Shown: positions 27,691 through 38,897, counted from the stretch's first letter. The stretch is 64,000 nucleotides of DNA from an uncultured Candidatus Saccharibacteria bacterium (GCA_964538855.1 CAZIEY010000001.1:245389-309388), one strand, 5' to 3'. Numbers and translations: made by a program. The notes: generated by a model not told the origin, from the letters alone.

Positions 27691-29250
27691 ATGATGGGTG
27701 TGATTTTTTCAAAAAACTTTTCAAAAGTATACAGCGCCCAGCCAGCACTTCTGAACGCGCGGCGAGTTGACGTAGAAGTGGATATTTCTCCAGGGCTGCA
27801 CACTTTTACTATTGTCGGGTTGCCAGACAAAGCTGTGGACGAGGCGCGTGACCGAGTCTCATCTGCCATCAAAAATTCTGGGTTTGTTTCGCCCAAACAA
27901 AAAAATCATAAAATTATTGTTTCTCTCGCCCCAGCTGACATTCGAAAAACTGGACCGACCTTTGACCTTGCCATTGCAGTTGGATATTTAAAATCGACGA
28001 GACAAATTGATTTTGATTCAGAGAAAAAATTGTTTGTGGGCGAATTATCGCTCGACGGGAAATTGCGTCCCATGAACGGTATTGTGCCGATTATGATTTT
28101 TGCCCAAAAGGCTGGGTTTACTGAAATCTTTATGCCGAAATCAAACGCAGTCGAGGCAGGACTCGTTGATAAAGTAAAAATTTTTGGGGCAGAAAGTCTC
28201 GACGAGGTTCTGATGCATTTGCGAGGCAAAAAAGAAATCGCAGTCGCTGCGAAAACAAAGACTGCCCCGGAAAATCTAGAGGTGGCGACACGATGGAAAA
28301 ATGAAACGGAATGGGGTCAAATTTTTGGACAAGAAAAAGCCAAAAGAGGATTGTTGATCGCGGCCGCAGGCGGACACAACATCGCTTTTTACGGTCCACC
28401 GGGAACAGGAAAAACGATGCTCGCAAATTCTCTTATTGGGCTTTTGCCGGCGCTTGATTATGAAAAAGTAATCGAGTGTACGTCGATACATTCAACCTTG
28501 ACCGAGCTACCACCATTTCGATCACCCCATCATACTTCGTCACACACTGCGATTGTTGGTGGAGGGGCATATATGAAACCAGGCGAGATTACTCTAGCTC
28601 ACAACGGGGTTCTATTTCTTGATGAATTTCCAGAATTTAATCGCCAAGTCGTTGAATCACTCCGTGAACCAATCGAACGCGGCTCAATTTCTATTTCAAG
28701 AGCTCATGAAAAAATAACCTTGCCGAGCAACTTCATTTTAGTCGTAGCAATGAATCCATGTCCGTGCGGATATTTCGAGACAGGAATCAAGCCGTGTGTA
28801 TGCACCCCACACAACATCAATCGATATCGCAAGAAAATTTCAGGCCCCATCGTCGATCGAATCGATATGTGGATTGAAGTTTCAAATGTCTCTTTTGAAA
28901 GCCTTGATTCTGCCGAAAAGTCTGGAGCAAATTTAAAAAATGGCGACGATTTTATAAAAATAAAATCCCAAGTACTAGCGGCTCGAAAAATTCAGCAACT
29001 GCGTTTCAATTCGCACAAACTAAACAAAGAAATTCCCGTAAAAAAGATTCCGGAATATTGCGCCATGGCGACTGAAGCAAAGAATATCCTTAGAACTTCT
29101 GCAGAGACTTTGAAATTATCGATGCGTGGATACCAAAAAATCATCAAATTAGCGCGCACTATCGCAGATCTAGATTCAAAAAATAGGGGAGGACAAATCA
29201 AAAAAGAACATATTTTAGAGGCGCTTCAATACAGACCGAAAATTAATTAA
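27691..29250 (+). CDS. comM: Mg-chelatase-like AAA+ protein ComM/YifB
   Basis: VYSAQPALLNARRVDVEVDI N-terminus, Walker A GPPGTGKT, Walker B VLFLDEF. Start taken at Met11 of the track ORF. Confidence 0.85.
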   Translation: MMGVIFSKNFSKVYSAQPALLNARRVDVEVDISPGLHTFTIVGLPDKAVDEARDRVSSAIKNSGFVSPKQKNHKIIVSLAPADIRKTGPTFDLAIAVGYLKSTRQIDFDSEKKLFVGELSLDGKLRPMNGIVPIMIFAQKAGFTEIFMPKSNAVEAGLVDKVKIFGAESLDEVLMHLRGKKEIAVAAKTKTAPENLEVATRWKNETEWGQIFGQEKAKRGLLIAAAGGHNIAFYGPPGTGKTMLANSLIGLLPALDYEKVIECTSIHSTLTELPPFRSPHHTSSHTAIVGGGAYMKPGEITLAHNGVLFLDEFPEFNRQVVESLREPIERGSISISRAHEKITLPSNFILVVAMNPCPCGYFETGIKPCVCTPHNINRYRKKISGPIVDRIDMWIEVSNVSFESLDSAEKSGANLKNGDDFIKIKSQVLAARKIQQLRFNSHKLNKEIPVKKIPEYCAMATEAKNILRTSAETLKLSMRGYQKIIKLARTIADLDSKNRGGQIKKEHILEALQYRPKIN

Positions 29251-30335
29251 AATTTACACGCTCGACCAACAATACAATCTGCAAGGGGGTTTTTGGCACC
29301 ACGCACTTCGAAGTGGGTGTGATTTCCCGTAGAATTTCCAGTCGAACCCACATATCCGATCATTTGACCTTTTTCAACTTGTTCACCAACCAAGACAAGA
29401 TTCTTTGATGTGTGACCATACAGTGTTTGTACGCCATTTGCGTGTGAAATAACTATCATTTTTCCATAGCCTCCGTTCCAACCGATTTCGGTACTCTTGA
29501 TGACAGTACCGGCAGCAGCGGCATAAATTGGTGTGCCAAGCGGAGCACCAATATCAACTCCGTTATATCCGTGCAAATTTTGAGTCAAAACCCCCGCCGG
29601 AACTGGATTTATGAAATATGTTCTCGAATCAACCTTTGGGTTAATTGGGAATTTATTAATGAGGGGAGTTGTACCATCTGCACGTTGAGACGACGCATTT
29701 GAAGCAGAAGCAAGTTCGACATTGGGTACAATAATTTTTTGACCTGGCACAAGCGGGGTCTTTTCATCAATACCGTTAAAGAGCGCAATTTCCGCCACAT
29801 CAGCATCATAAATTTTGGCAATATTTTGAATTGTTCCTCCGATTTTCACGGTGTGAGTAATTCCAGTTACTGGCAAAATCAACAATGTTTGGCCGGGCTT
29901 GATTGACCCCTTCAATTCGTTGGCCCATTTGATCGTATTAACTGACACATCAAACATTTCAGCAATTTGTGACAAGGTATCGCCCTCACGAACCTCATAC
30001 ACACTGATAGTACCCGCATGATCGGCCTTTTCTATGTCGAGCGTCGTTCCCGCAAGACCAGATTCAGCCATAAGCGCCATGCCTTCTACTACAACAACAT
30101 GTCCACCATCTTTACTTGGATTGGGGTCTAAATTAACAGCTGCCTGCAAAATGGGGATATTCTGTGAATTCACGTCAGTTGTACCTTTTTCTTGAGAAAA
30201 AGCCTTATTTATATAAGTAAAATTGGGAAAATCACCAAGTGATATGGCTTGTGCAGTATTTGAAGTGAGAATTGATACAAAGAGAGTAATTAAGAGGGTT
30301 AAGTTCTTAAAAACACTCTTTTTCAATATGGTCAT
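29247..30335 (-). CDS. Secreted M23-family peptidase with two LysM domains
   Basis: Signal peptide, two LysM-like segments (DTLSQIAEMF..., GTIQNIAKIY...) and M23 catalytic HxxxD/HxH motifs (GVDIGAP..., GNHTHFE). Confidence 0.8.
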   Translation of the reverse strand: MTILKKSVFKNLTLLITLFVSILTSNTAQAISLGDFPNFTYINKAFSQEKGTTDVNSQNIPILQAAVNLDPNPSKDGGHVVVVEGMALMAESGLAGTTLDIEKADHAGTISVYEVREGDTLSQIAEMFDVSVNTIKWANELKGSIKPGQTLLILPVTGITHTVKIGGTIQNIAKIYDADVAEIALFNGIDEKTPLVPGQKIIVPNVELASASNASSQRADGTTPLINKFPINPKVDSRTYFINPVPAGVLTQNLHGYNGVDIGAPLGTPIYAAAAGTVIKSTEIGWNGGYGKMIVISHANGVQTLYGHTSKNLVLVGEQVEKGQMIGYVGSTGNSTGNHTHFEVRGAKNPLADCIVGRACKF

Positions 30336-30555
30336 TTGAGAGCCTTGTTTTGCACCGTTTCCTGTCGTTTTCAGGGCTTCAAAATCTTGGGTGATTCGTA
30401 AAATAAGGTTATTTCTAGCGGTATTCTGGCGTTCTGTCGTAATGGACCGTACGGGTCCCCGTCTGCCTGTTTTTCTGGGTATCCAAGGATTATAGCCCCT
30501 CCCGAAACTAAGTCAAACCTCCCAAAAACCAAAAAATGTGGTATATTTTCTGAGC

Positions 30556-32541
30556 ATGAATTACCTCGAAGACCTCAATACCGAACAAAAAAGGGCAGTC
30601 CTCCACAAAGATGGCCCTCTTTTAATTTTAGCGGGGGCGGGAGCGGGAAAAACACGGGTGATTACATATAGAATTGCTCACCTAATCAAACACGGGGTGC
30701 ATCCGGCGGAAATTTTGGCAGTAACTTTTACAAACAAGGCGTCGAAAGAAATGGCGGAACGAATAAATCATCTTTTGTCTAACAACCCAAACTTCACCAT
30801 GCCGGTTGCGATGCACGAGAGACCGTTTGTTCGCACGTTTCACTCGCTCGGCGTGCACATTATTCGCGAAAATGCAGAATTAATCGGATTACCGAAACGC
30901 TTTTCGATTTTGGACAGCGCTGACGCCAAAAAAATTATTAAGGAAGCGTTGGAGTCTGCCGGTTACGATACAAAAGAATTCGAGCCTCGCAAAATTCAAT
31001 CAATCATTTCAAATCAAAAAGGGGATTTGATTTCTATTGCCGATTACGAAATAAAATCTAAAAATTACAGCTATTTGGGCGATGTGGTTTTAAAGACGTG
31101 GCGATTGTACGAGAAGCGCCTGAACGAAGAGGGTGCGCTCGACTTTGATGACTTGCTCATAAAAACAGTGCACATTTTGGAAACATATCCGGACGTGCTG
31201 GCTCGCTATCAAAAGCGCTGGAAATACATTCACATCGACGAATATCAAGACACGAACGAGGTGCAATACAACATTTCGAAATTGCTGGCCGGAGCACACA
31301 AAAATATGTGTGTCGTAGGAGACATCGACCAAAATATTTACTCGTGGCGCGGAGCAAGTATTAAAAACATCATGAATTTCGAGAAGGATTATCCTGGCGC
31401 AACCGAAATTATTCTCGAGGAAAATTATCGCTCAACACAAAACATTTTGCAGGCCGCAAACGAAATTATTTCGAAAAACGTGATGCGAAAAGAGAAAAAT
31501 CTTTTCACAAAAAATGGGGAGGGGGACAAAATCACGGTCTATAACGCAATCGACGAATATGACGAAGCGAAATTTTTAGTGCGCAAAGCAAAAGAAGCGA
31601 TGGCGTCAGGTGTGCACCCAAGCGACATGGCATTTTTATACCGCGCCAATTTCCAATCCCGCGTTTTAGAAGAAATTTGCCTCCAAGAACAGTTGCCACA
31701 TCAGGTGATCGGGACGAAATTCTTTGATCGAAAAGAAGTTAAAGATGTCATCGCTTATATCAAAGCGGCGCTTAACAGCAAGGATTTTACAAGTATAAGT
31801 CGAATTATCAATGTACCAAAACGTGGCATCGGCAAAGTAACGCTTTTGAAAATTGCAGACGGACACGAAGACGATCTGACTCCGGCAGTATACGCAAAAG
31901 TTCAACAATTCCGAAACGCATTGACCGAAATCGCTGATGCGATACACACGCACAAACCACATGAAGTCATCACGCACATCATGACCGCGACTGGGCTTGA
32001 AGCAGAGTTACAAAAAGATGGGGAAGAAGGCGCAGAGCGACTCGAAAACATTCGCGAATTGGTGTCGCTCGCAAAACGTTACGAAGATTTTGCGGCGGAA
32101 CATTCTCCGGCCGAAGCAATGGATAAACTTTTGGAGGATATGTCGCTCACATCTGATCAGGACGAGCTCGATAAAAAAGAAGACGGCGTGAAATTAATGA
32201 CGGTGCACGCCGCAAAAGGTTTGGAATTCGCGCACGTGTTTGTGACGGGGCTTGAAGCTGGACTTTTTCCTCATGAAAAATTTGATGCAAAGGGTGAAGA
32301 AGATGCCGAGGAAGAGCGTCGATTGTTTTACGTCGCAGTCACTCGTGCTCGAAAAAAATTATATTTAACACACGCAAGCTTCCGAACCATTTACGGTTCA
32401 AAAGAAGTGAATATGGCGTCAGAATTTTTGGAAGACATCAGCGACAGATTGATTCAGAAAGAATCTTTTGAAGACCAGTACGCGCGCGAAGAACGCGGTG
32501 CATCAAGTGGCGGCACGAAAGAATATTTGATAGATTTCTAA
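30556..32541 (+). CDS. pcrA: ATP-dependent DNA helicase PcrA/UvrD family
   Basis: Walker A AGAGAGKT plus helicase motifs. The start was moved to the second ATG because the first lies inside a TGGTATATT extended -10. Confidence 0.85.
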   Translation: MNYLEDLNTEQKRAVLHKDGPLLILAGAGAGKTRVITYRIAHLIKHGVHPAEILAVTFTNKASKEMAERINHLLSNNPNFTMPVAMHERPFVRTFHSLGVHIIRENAELIGLPKRFSILDSADAKKIIKEALESAGYDTKEFEPRKIQSIISNQKGDLISIADYEIKSKNYSYLGDVVLKTWRLYEKRLNEEGALDFDDLLIKTVHILETYPDVLARYQKRWKYIHIDEYQDTNEVQYNISKLLAGAHKNMCVVGDIDQNIYSWRGASIKNIMNFEKDYPGATEIILEENYRSTQNILQAANEIISKNVMRKEKNLFTKNGEGDKITVYNAIDEYDEAKFLVRKAKEAMASGVHPSDMAFLYRANFQSRVLEEICLQEQLPHQVIGTKFFDRKEVKDVIAYIKAALNSKDFTSISRIINVPKRGIGKVTLLKIADGHEDDLTPAVYAKVQQFRNALTEIADAIHTHKPHEVITHIMTATGLEAELQKDGEEGAERLENIRELVSLAKRYEDFAAEHSPAEAMDKLLEDMSLTSDQDELDKKEDGVKLMTVHAAKGLEFAHVFVTGLEAGLFPHEKFDAKGEEDAEEERRLFYVAVTRARKKLYLTHASFRTIYGSKEVNMASEFLEDISDRLIQKESFEDQYAREERGASSGGTKEYLIDF

Positions 32542-32547
32542 TTACTT

Positions 32548-33339
32548 ATGGTCTACGCAAAAAAATCACTCGGACAGAACTTTCTCAAGTCAGAGGCGGC
32601 TTTGCGTGAAATTATTGAGGCAGGGCACATCACCGCGGGGGAGACAGTGCTTGAAATTGGGCCGGGACGCGGGGCGTTGACCGACTATTTATTGAAAGCG
32701 GGCGCAAACGTAATCGCCATTGAAAAAGATCGCGAACTGATTGCTGTGCTTAACGAAACTTTTAAAGAGGCGGTGGCAAGCGGTGCACTGCGCATCATCG
32801 AAGCCGACATTTTGGAATGGAATCGCGCGGAATTACCTGCGGACTACAAAGTCATCGCGAACATTCCTTACTACATCACCGGCGCAATCATCCGAATGTT
32901 TTTTGAAGCCGACCATCAACCAAGCAAAATGGTGCTTCTTGTACAAAAGGAAGTGGCCGACCGCATCGTGGCTCGCGACGGAAAAGAAAGCATTTTATCG
33001 GTCTCTGTCAAAGCATATTGCACCCCGCGCCTCGTCAAAGTTGTGAAAGCCGGCTCTTTTGTGCCAGCACCCGCCGTTGATTCAGCAATTATCGAATTTA
33101 GCGATATTTCTAAACGTCTTTTCGTCGAACACGGCGTCAACGAATCTGCATTTTTCATGGTCGTCAAAGAAGGTTTTGCCCACAAGCGCAAGGTTTTGCG
33201 CAGCAATTTAGCCGACCTCGCTACTCGTTTTGATAAAAACATGTCAGAAATCCTATTAAAGGCAGATGTCGTAGGAAATGCGCGGGCAGAAGACTTGAAA
33301 CTGGAAAATTGGTTTAAAATTGCGCAACCTTTCTCATAA
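32548..33339 (+). CDS. rsmA: 16S rRNA (adenine1518/1519-N6)-dimethyltransferase
   Basis: KKSLGQNFL signature and the SAM-binding LEIGPGRGALT motif. Confidence 0.85.
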   Translation: MVYAKKSLGQNFLKSEAALREIIEAGHITAGETVLEIGPGRGALTDYLLKAGANVIAIEKDRELIAVLNETFKEAVASGALRIIEADILEWNRAELPADYKVIANIPYYITGAIIRMFFEADHQPSKMVLLVQKEVADRIVARDGKESILSVSVKAYCTPRLVKVVKAGSFVPAPAVDSAIIEFSDISKRLFVEHGVNESAFFMVVKEGFAHKRKVLRSNLADLATRFDKNMSEILLKADVVGNARAEDLKLENWFKIAQPFS

Positions 33340-33353
33340 AGATACCCCCCCGT

Positions 33354-33779
33354 TTACTTTTTTGGAAACGATGGCAACAAACTCGAACCAGTTCCCGCAA
33401 AAGGGAGGGACGTAATGATACCGTTTGCTATTCCGGTATTAACACAAAATGGTTCGATTGGCAAAAACGGAATTATACCATTCCTACACTGTAGAGGACT
33501 CGTATAATATTGTCCGAGCGCAGAATTACCAGGGATAAAAATATTAAAATTTCGATTCAAACGTGATACAAACGGTATGTACAAAACTCCAATAGGTAAT
33601 TTGGTACGAAAATCCTCTATAGTAACGAGTAAGCTTGAGGAACATAGACAAGGGATGGTACTGAGTACTGTACCACCAAACGGCACAGTAACTATTCCCG
33701 TCGGAATCTGAGCATGTACACCAATCGGCACAATCAACGAACTTACACATAATAGGATGATCGCAAAAAATTTGTTCAT
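33354..33779 (-). CDS. Small secreted hypothetical protein
   Basis: Signal peptide MNKFFAIILLCVSSLIVPIGVHAQ. No recognisable domain. Confidence 0.4.
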   Translation of the reverse strand: MNKFFAIILLCVSSLIVPIGVHAQIPTGIVTVPFGGTVLSTIPCLCSSSLLVTIEDFRTKLPIGVLYIPFVSRLNRNFNIFIPGNSALGQYYTSPLQCRNGIIPFLPIEPFCVNTGIANGIITSLPFAGTGSSLLPSFPKK

Positions 33780-33821
33780 AATCCATACAATTATATCACA
33801 GTCGTCTGATATAATAACCAC

Positions 33822-34712
33822 ATGCAAACACCGGGGACAAGAGTTATCTATTTTTCAATTTTTGCAGCGATTGTGGTTACGGGAATCATCTCATATTCAA
33901 CATATCAAGAAAAAAAGCCAGTGAGAATCGCAGCGCAAGAAACTGAAAAAAATCTCGCCATCGTGGTCGATAACCAATATAAAAATACCGATTCAGATGC
34001 AGATGGTCTATTCGACTGGGAAGAAACTCTCTGGCGCACCGACCCAGAGAACGCAGACACAGATAAAGATGGGACCAAAGACGGTCAGGAAGTTGCCCTT
34101 AGTCGTGACCCAAACAAAGCTGGACCACAAGATGATTGGGCGCCGAACAACTACCTCGAGCAATATGTTGCAACTACAAAAATCGATCCGAATTCCTTGA
34201 CAAGTCGCATCGCCCAGAATCTATTGATCGCAGTAGGACAAAGTGATAGCCCAGATATTGCCACTACACTACTTGCGCAAATTCAGGCAGAAATAAAAAC
34301 TACCCAAATCTTTAAGAAAGAGAATCTAATTACTTTTGACGATATGAATAAAGAAAAAGTGCAGGAATACGCAAACGCATTTATCGAAATATACCAAAAA
34401 GAGACTCGTGCGGCAGAACTTATTCCAGAAAATAATCAAAAAGCCTATGCGGATGTGTACAAAAAGATGGCACTATCACTATCGACTATTCCAGTCCCAA
34501 ATTCACTTGCTGGAGTACACACCAATTACATCAACAACTTGAATAACATGAGTATTTTCACCACGATCATCATCCAGGCAGAAAACGACCCGATCAAAAT
34601 GGTAGCGGTTATTCCAGAATTCAACAAAATGCTCGGTGAACAAATTACTTTGTTGGAACAAATAAAAACTTACATGCAAAGTAATGCTATAATTTTCACT
34701 ATCGATGCGTAA
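33822..34712 (+). CDS. Membrane-anchored hypothetical protein with Asp-rich DxDxDG-like motifs
   Basis: N-terminal TM, then DSDADGLFDWEE...DTDKDGTKDGQE (Ca-binding-like). Confidence 0.45.
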   Translation: MQTPGTRVIYFSIFAAIVVTGIISYSTYQEKKPVRIAAQETEKNLAIVVDNQYKNTDSDADGLFDWEETLWRTDPENADTDKDGTKDGQEVALSRDPNKAGPQDDWAPNNYLEQYVATTKIDPNSLTSRIAQNLLIAVGQSDSPDIATTLLAQIQAEIKTTQIFKKENLITFDDMNKEKVQEYANAFIEIYQKETRAAELIPENNQKAYADVYKKMALSLSTIPVPNSLAGVHTNYINNLNNMSIFTTIIIQAENDPIKMVAVIPEFNKMLGEQITLLEQIKTYMQSNAIIFTIDA

Positions 34713-35823
34713 TACCAGCAAACCAATCAGCAACAAATTAAAGACAACCTTCAATTTCCTATTGATTGGAATTTTATTGTTCGGTCAATTTGGTGTTGTG
34801 TTTGCACAAAACACTCCGACACCCGATCTTCCTGAAAGTGAAGAGAACTGGCAAAATATCAATGAAAACCAGGAGTTTCGAGATTTAGAAGAAGCTCACA
34901 ACCAATACGACGACCAATTCAACGACGAAACCGGAAAAAAGATCTATCCGGAACAACAAAAGAAACCGGATGCCCCAGTCGCTACCGCAGCTAGCGCAGG
35001 AAAATGTGTCTTGGCACAACTTGCGGCCAACCTAGCAAAAAAGGGTTTCGCTGTGTTCGCAAAAAAAGTATCTGCAACACTGGTCAATGCAACAATGGTT
35101 CCGGTATATATTCCAGGTCTGGAAAACAAAGAAGTTGGAACACTTGGTGGACTTGGACCAAGCGAAGACGGTATTGGATATTGTATTGCAAACAGCATTA
35201 TCCAATATATTTCTGATTCGACGATTGATTGGATTAATAGTGGATTTGAAGGAAATCCTGTGTTCGTCGATGATCCAACACGAATTTTCAAGGATTTAAG
35301 AGACGACACAATCAACACATTTCTCAGTGAATTCGGGGAGGGAATTCTCTGTGAGGATTTTAGTATGAGAGTCAAATTAGCCCTTGTGACAAAAGAACGA
35401 CCAAAAAAGAATTTCAAATGTACTTATGAGATGGTAGATGCCAATATACGAAACATGAAAGAGAACGGGGTTTTCACCTTCGAAGGTTGGGATGAAATCA
35501 CACAAAATCCGCAAAATAATCAAATTGGAGCATTCCTGTCGCTCGATTCAGAGCTATTAAAACTTAAGGCGACGCGAGAAGGTAATTTAAACCAAGAATT
35601 GACCTGGGGTAGCGGATATTTACCATGGAAGGATAAGGATAATAAAAACAGAACAGTTACCCCGGGAAAGGTCGTCCAATCATCTATTGAAAAAAACCTC
35701 CAATTGAAATCAGACCGATTAGTATTAGCAGATGAATTTGATGAGGTTATTGACGCCCTTGCAGATCAACTCATGAGACAGGCAATTATTGGAATTCTCG
35801 GTCAAGAGGAACCACCAAATTAA
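34705..35823 (+). CDS. Secreted hypothetical protein
   Basis: N-terminal TM/signal (FNFLLIGILLFGQFGVVFAQ). No known domain. Confidence 0.45.
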   Translation: MRNTSKPISNKLKTTFNFLLIGILLFGQFGVVFAQNTPTPDLPESEENWQNINENQEFRDLEEAHNQYDDQFNDETGKKIYPEQQKKPDAPVATAASAGKCVLAQLAANLAKKGFAVFAKKVSATLVNATMVPVYIPGLENKEVGTLGGLGPSEDGIGYCIANSIIQYISDSTIDWINSGFEGNPVFVDDPTRIFKDLRDDTINTFLSEFGEGILCEDFSMRVKLALVTKERPKKNFKCTYEMVDANIRNMKENGVFTFEGWDEITQNPQNNQIGAFLSLDSELLKLKATREGNLNQELTWGSGYLPWKDKDNKNRTVTPGKVVQSSIEKNLQLKSDRLVLADEFDEVIDALADQLMRQAIIGILGQEEPPN

Positions 35824-35877
35824 TCTGTATAACTTTTAGTTTGACACATTATTTTTCTGTTATAATTTTCAATAAAG

Positions 35878-38265
35878 ATGTTACATGGGATTTATAAAAA
35901 AATAGGCCTGTTTTTTATACTATTAGTTATAATGGTCGTACCCACCGTGTCGTTACATGCGACGAGCTTATCGACAATGGTAAAAGATCGCGCGTTCGAG
36001 GATAATAGCAACAACGCTCGCGCAAGATATTTAAACGAATATAAAAAAGAATACTCTGATTTGGTTGACAAAATCGCTGGCTCCCAAACTTCAAATCAGG
36101 AAGATTTGCAAAGAAAAGCCAAACTTGAATATCTATTACCAAAAGCAATGAGTTCTAGTGAGTGGGCTAGTTTTTCTCACGCAAACATACACCCAAATAA
36201 AATAAGCAATGTGTCATTTGGGTCTTTATACAATGGCAATACAGATGGTGTCCAAGCAACTGATATATATACAAGAAAAGAAGGAACGGATGACGTTTAC
36301 ACGAGTAATAATCCGAAATTCAAGGACGTCGAATTTACATTGTCACTGAAAAGTGATGGTACATACCAAGTTAAGCGCGCCTACAATCCTGTAACGAAAC
36401 AGGATTTCAGTGTTACAACTGAGGCACAATTACAAGCACTTAAAAAGGCAGCGGAGGCAGACGATGTCGAGATTGTTTGTTATACCGGAGTCAGCACAAT
36501 ACTTAGTACAATTAACCCCCTCTGTTGGATAGCGAAATTTTCTTACTACATCATATTCACTATTAGCTCATGGTTTTTGAGTATATCTGGCCAATTGTTC
36601 AATTTTGTTGTCGTGCAAACTGTTGTTGAGATGAAGGAACTCATCCAAGACAATATCGTCAACCAAGGATGGATCTTATTCAGAGATATTATAAATATTC
36701 TATTCATATTCGTACTTATATATGCAGCGATAAGCACCATTCTAAAGGGAACAAGTGACACAGGAAAAACCATCGTAACAGTTATCGTGGTTGCTGTTTT
36801 AATTAACTTTAGTCTATTTTTTACAAAAGTGATTGTTGATATTTCAAACACACTTGCAGTTAGTTTCTATAATTCCATTACAACGATGCCCCTAAAAGAT
36901 GCAAAGGGTAAGCCTGTTACCATAAACAGCAGTGCTCAATTCGGGATTGCCGAGGTGTTCTTAACTCAAACAAATATGACGACTATTGTCGGCACCAACC
37001 CAGAAAATATTAAGTGGGGTGTTGCGTCATTAACTTATCTCGGAATCATCAAACAGACCCTCATTGCCTCTGTATTTATCGTCATACTGGGAGTAGTTCT
37101 TTTGCTGATGTCATTGATGCTAGTCACCCGATTCCTGATCCTGATATTTGTGATGATCACATCTTCGCTGGCATTTGGATCCTACATACTACCCAAACTC
37201 CAAAGTCAAGTTGCCGACAAATGGTGGCCAGCTCTCATTGGACAAGCGTTCTTTGTACCGGTATTTTTCTTGATGTTATACATTACACTCAAATTTTCCC
37301 AAACACTTCCATTCGACAAAGGTACCGGTTGGGCAAATATGGCACATATTGTACCAGGACAAATAGTCACTTATATTATGATTGTTGGAATGCTTATTCT
37401 ATCAATGAAAGTTGCAAAGAGTATGGCTGACGAAGCGGGCGCGGCGTCCGGAAAAATTACTGGGATGTTGGGCGGGGCAGCACTCAGCGTCACAGGATTT
37501 GCTGCGCGTCACTCAATTGGAATTGCTGCTCGAGAGATAGCAAACAGCAAGCTCCTTTCTGGTAGCGGTCTAACCGCAAGAACTTTGCGTGCTGGATTTG
37601 GCCGTATAGGAGAAAGCAGCTTCGATGCCAGACATTCTGATACATTCAGTCATATAAATGATGCTGTTGGCGGAACCGACTTTGGCAAGGGTCGCGGAGA
37701 AGGTGGTTATGACAAGTTTGCCGACAAGCGAGAGAAGTACCACAAAGAAAAATATGCTGAGGAAGAAAAGGCATATAAAGAAGAGGGCAAATTCACTGAC
37801 GATGAGCAGGACGCTGTTACTGCTGGTCTACAATTTGAGAAAGAAAATAAGTCTGCTATGGAGGTGAAGAAATTGGTTGACGCTAGGGATAAACTCGCTG
37901 CTCGACAGGCTGCTGCGGCTACCCAGCTTGAAAAAGATGCGATCCAAAAACACATCGATAACGTTAATAATGAAATCAACAAAAAAGATATCACGGAAGC
38001 TGACGCAAAAGCAATATACGATAACGCAGATAACAAGAAGATTCTTGACGCCAAGAAAAAAGCAGAAGCTGCCGCAAAAGAAAGGCAAACGAAATTCCTC
38101 GAATCTCGTCAAAAGACTCGATGGGGAATCCGCAGTGGAGATGGTGCTAAATTTGCTCGCGAGCAACTTGCTAAAAACGCCAAGGAGAAAACTGACACCG
38201 ACAGACTTCTTGAGGGTTTGAAAGCATCAGCCAATAGTGGTGGAGGAGGTGGAGGTAAACCATAA
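35878..38265 (+). CDS. Large polytopic membrane protein, putative VirB6/TrbL-like type IV secretion channel component, with a Lys/Glu-rich coiled-coil C-terminus
   Basis: 795 aa with a signal/TM, 6 or more central TM helices and a charged tail. Sits two genes upstream of the PrgI-like and VirB4 genes. Confidence 0.45.
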   Translation: MLHGIYKKIGLFFILLVIMVVPTVSLHATSLSTMVKDRAFEDNSNNARARYLNEYKKEYSDLVDKIAGSQTSNQEDLQRKAKLEYLLPKAMSSSEWASFSHANIHPNKISNVSFGSLYNGNTDGVQATDIYTRKEGTDDVYTSNNPKFKDVEFTLSLKSDGTYQVKRAYNPVTKQDFSVTTEAQLQALKKAAEADDVEIVCYTGVSTILSTINPLCWIAKFSYYIIFTISSWFLSISGQLFNFVVVQTVVEMKELIQDNIVNQGWILFRDIINILFIFVLIYAAISTILKGTSDTGKTIVTVIVVAVLINFSLFFTKVIVDISNTLAVSFYNSITTMPLKDAKGKPVTINSSAQFGIAEVFLTQTNMTTIVGTNPENIKWGVASLTYLGIIKQTLIASVFIVILGVVLLLMSLMLVTRFLILIFVMITSSLAFGSYILPKLQSQVADKWWPALIGQAFFVPVFFLMLYITLKFSQTLPFDKGTGWANMAHIVPGQIVTYIMIVGMLILSMKVAKSMADEAGAASGKITGMLGGAALSVTGFAARHSIGIAAREIANSKLLSGSGLTARTLRAGFGRIGESSFDARHSDTFSHINDAVGGTDFGKGRGEGGYDKFADKREKYHKEKYAEEEKAYKEEGKFTDDEQDAVTAGLQFEKENKSAMEVKKLVDARDKLAARQAAAATQLEKDAIQKHIDNVNNEINKKDITEADAKAIYDNADNKKILDAKKKAEAAAKERQTKFLESRQKTRWGIRSGDGAKFAREQLAKNAKEKTDTDRLLEGLKASANSGGGGGGKP

Positions 38266-38272
38266 AATAATC

Positions 38273-38857
38273 ATGCCCAAAACAGAAAACAATAAAATTA
38301 TCGAGGATCGTTTCGCAGAATTACCTCAAGTTATCCAGAAGATAATCACTGATTCTGGTTGGCAATTCAAAATTCGTGACTTAGTCAAAAAATTTAACAT
38401 TCGTGTGGATCAGGGTGGGGCGATAGAGAACGAGATACTGCTCGTAATGTTAGATTTCGAGAACCCAGAAAATTTCGTCCAAAATATCATGAACGGAGCG
38501 CAGTTGGACCAAAAAACCGCAGAATCTCTCGCAACGGAAGTTGGTTTGTTAATCTTTGATCCAATTCGTGAGGCTCTAATTGCAGAAACGAATTCTGAAA
38601 AAAACGCGCTGAGCGGCGGGTCAAGTGGTTCGGTAGTTCAACCTCTCGAATCTCGCGAAGACCTCCTCAAACAAATCGAGGATCCGACTGAAATTCCCGA
38701 TATCAAACCGAGTACAATGAAAGCGAATGCGTCAGTTGCAGCGACACCGACAGTTTCCGCATCAATCAACGTCGCCACCGCACCAGTCACATCAATACCA
38801 GAAACACCTCGTCCAACCGCGCCAAAAATAGACCCATATCGAGAACCGATTGAATAA
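38273..38857 (+). CDS. Hypothetical protein with a Pro/Thr/Ala-rich C-terminus
   Basis: ORF within the T4SS-like block. Start uncertain (38237 or 38273). Confidence 0.4.
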   Translation: MPKTENNKIIEDRFAELPQVIQKIITDSGWQFKIRDLVKKFNIRVDQGGAIENEILLVMLDFENPENFVQNIMNGAQLDQKTAESLATEVGLLIFDPIREALIAETNSEKNALSGGSSGSVVQPLESREDLLKQIEDPTEIPDIKPSTMKANASVAATPTVSASINVATAPVTSIPETPRPTAPKIDPYREPIE

Positions 38858-38897
38858 TTCGAGCGCAGAGTCGCAGAACTAAGGTACAATTAGACTA

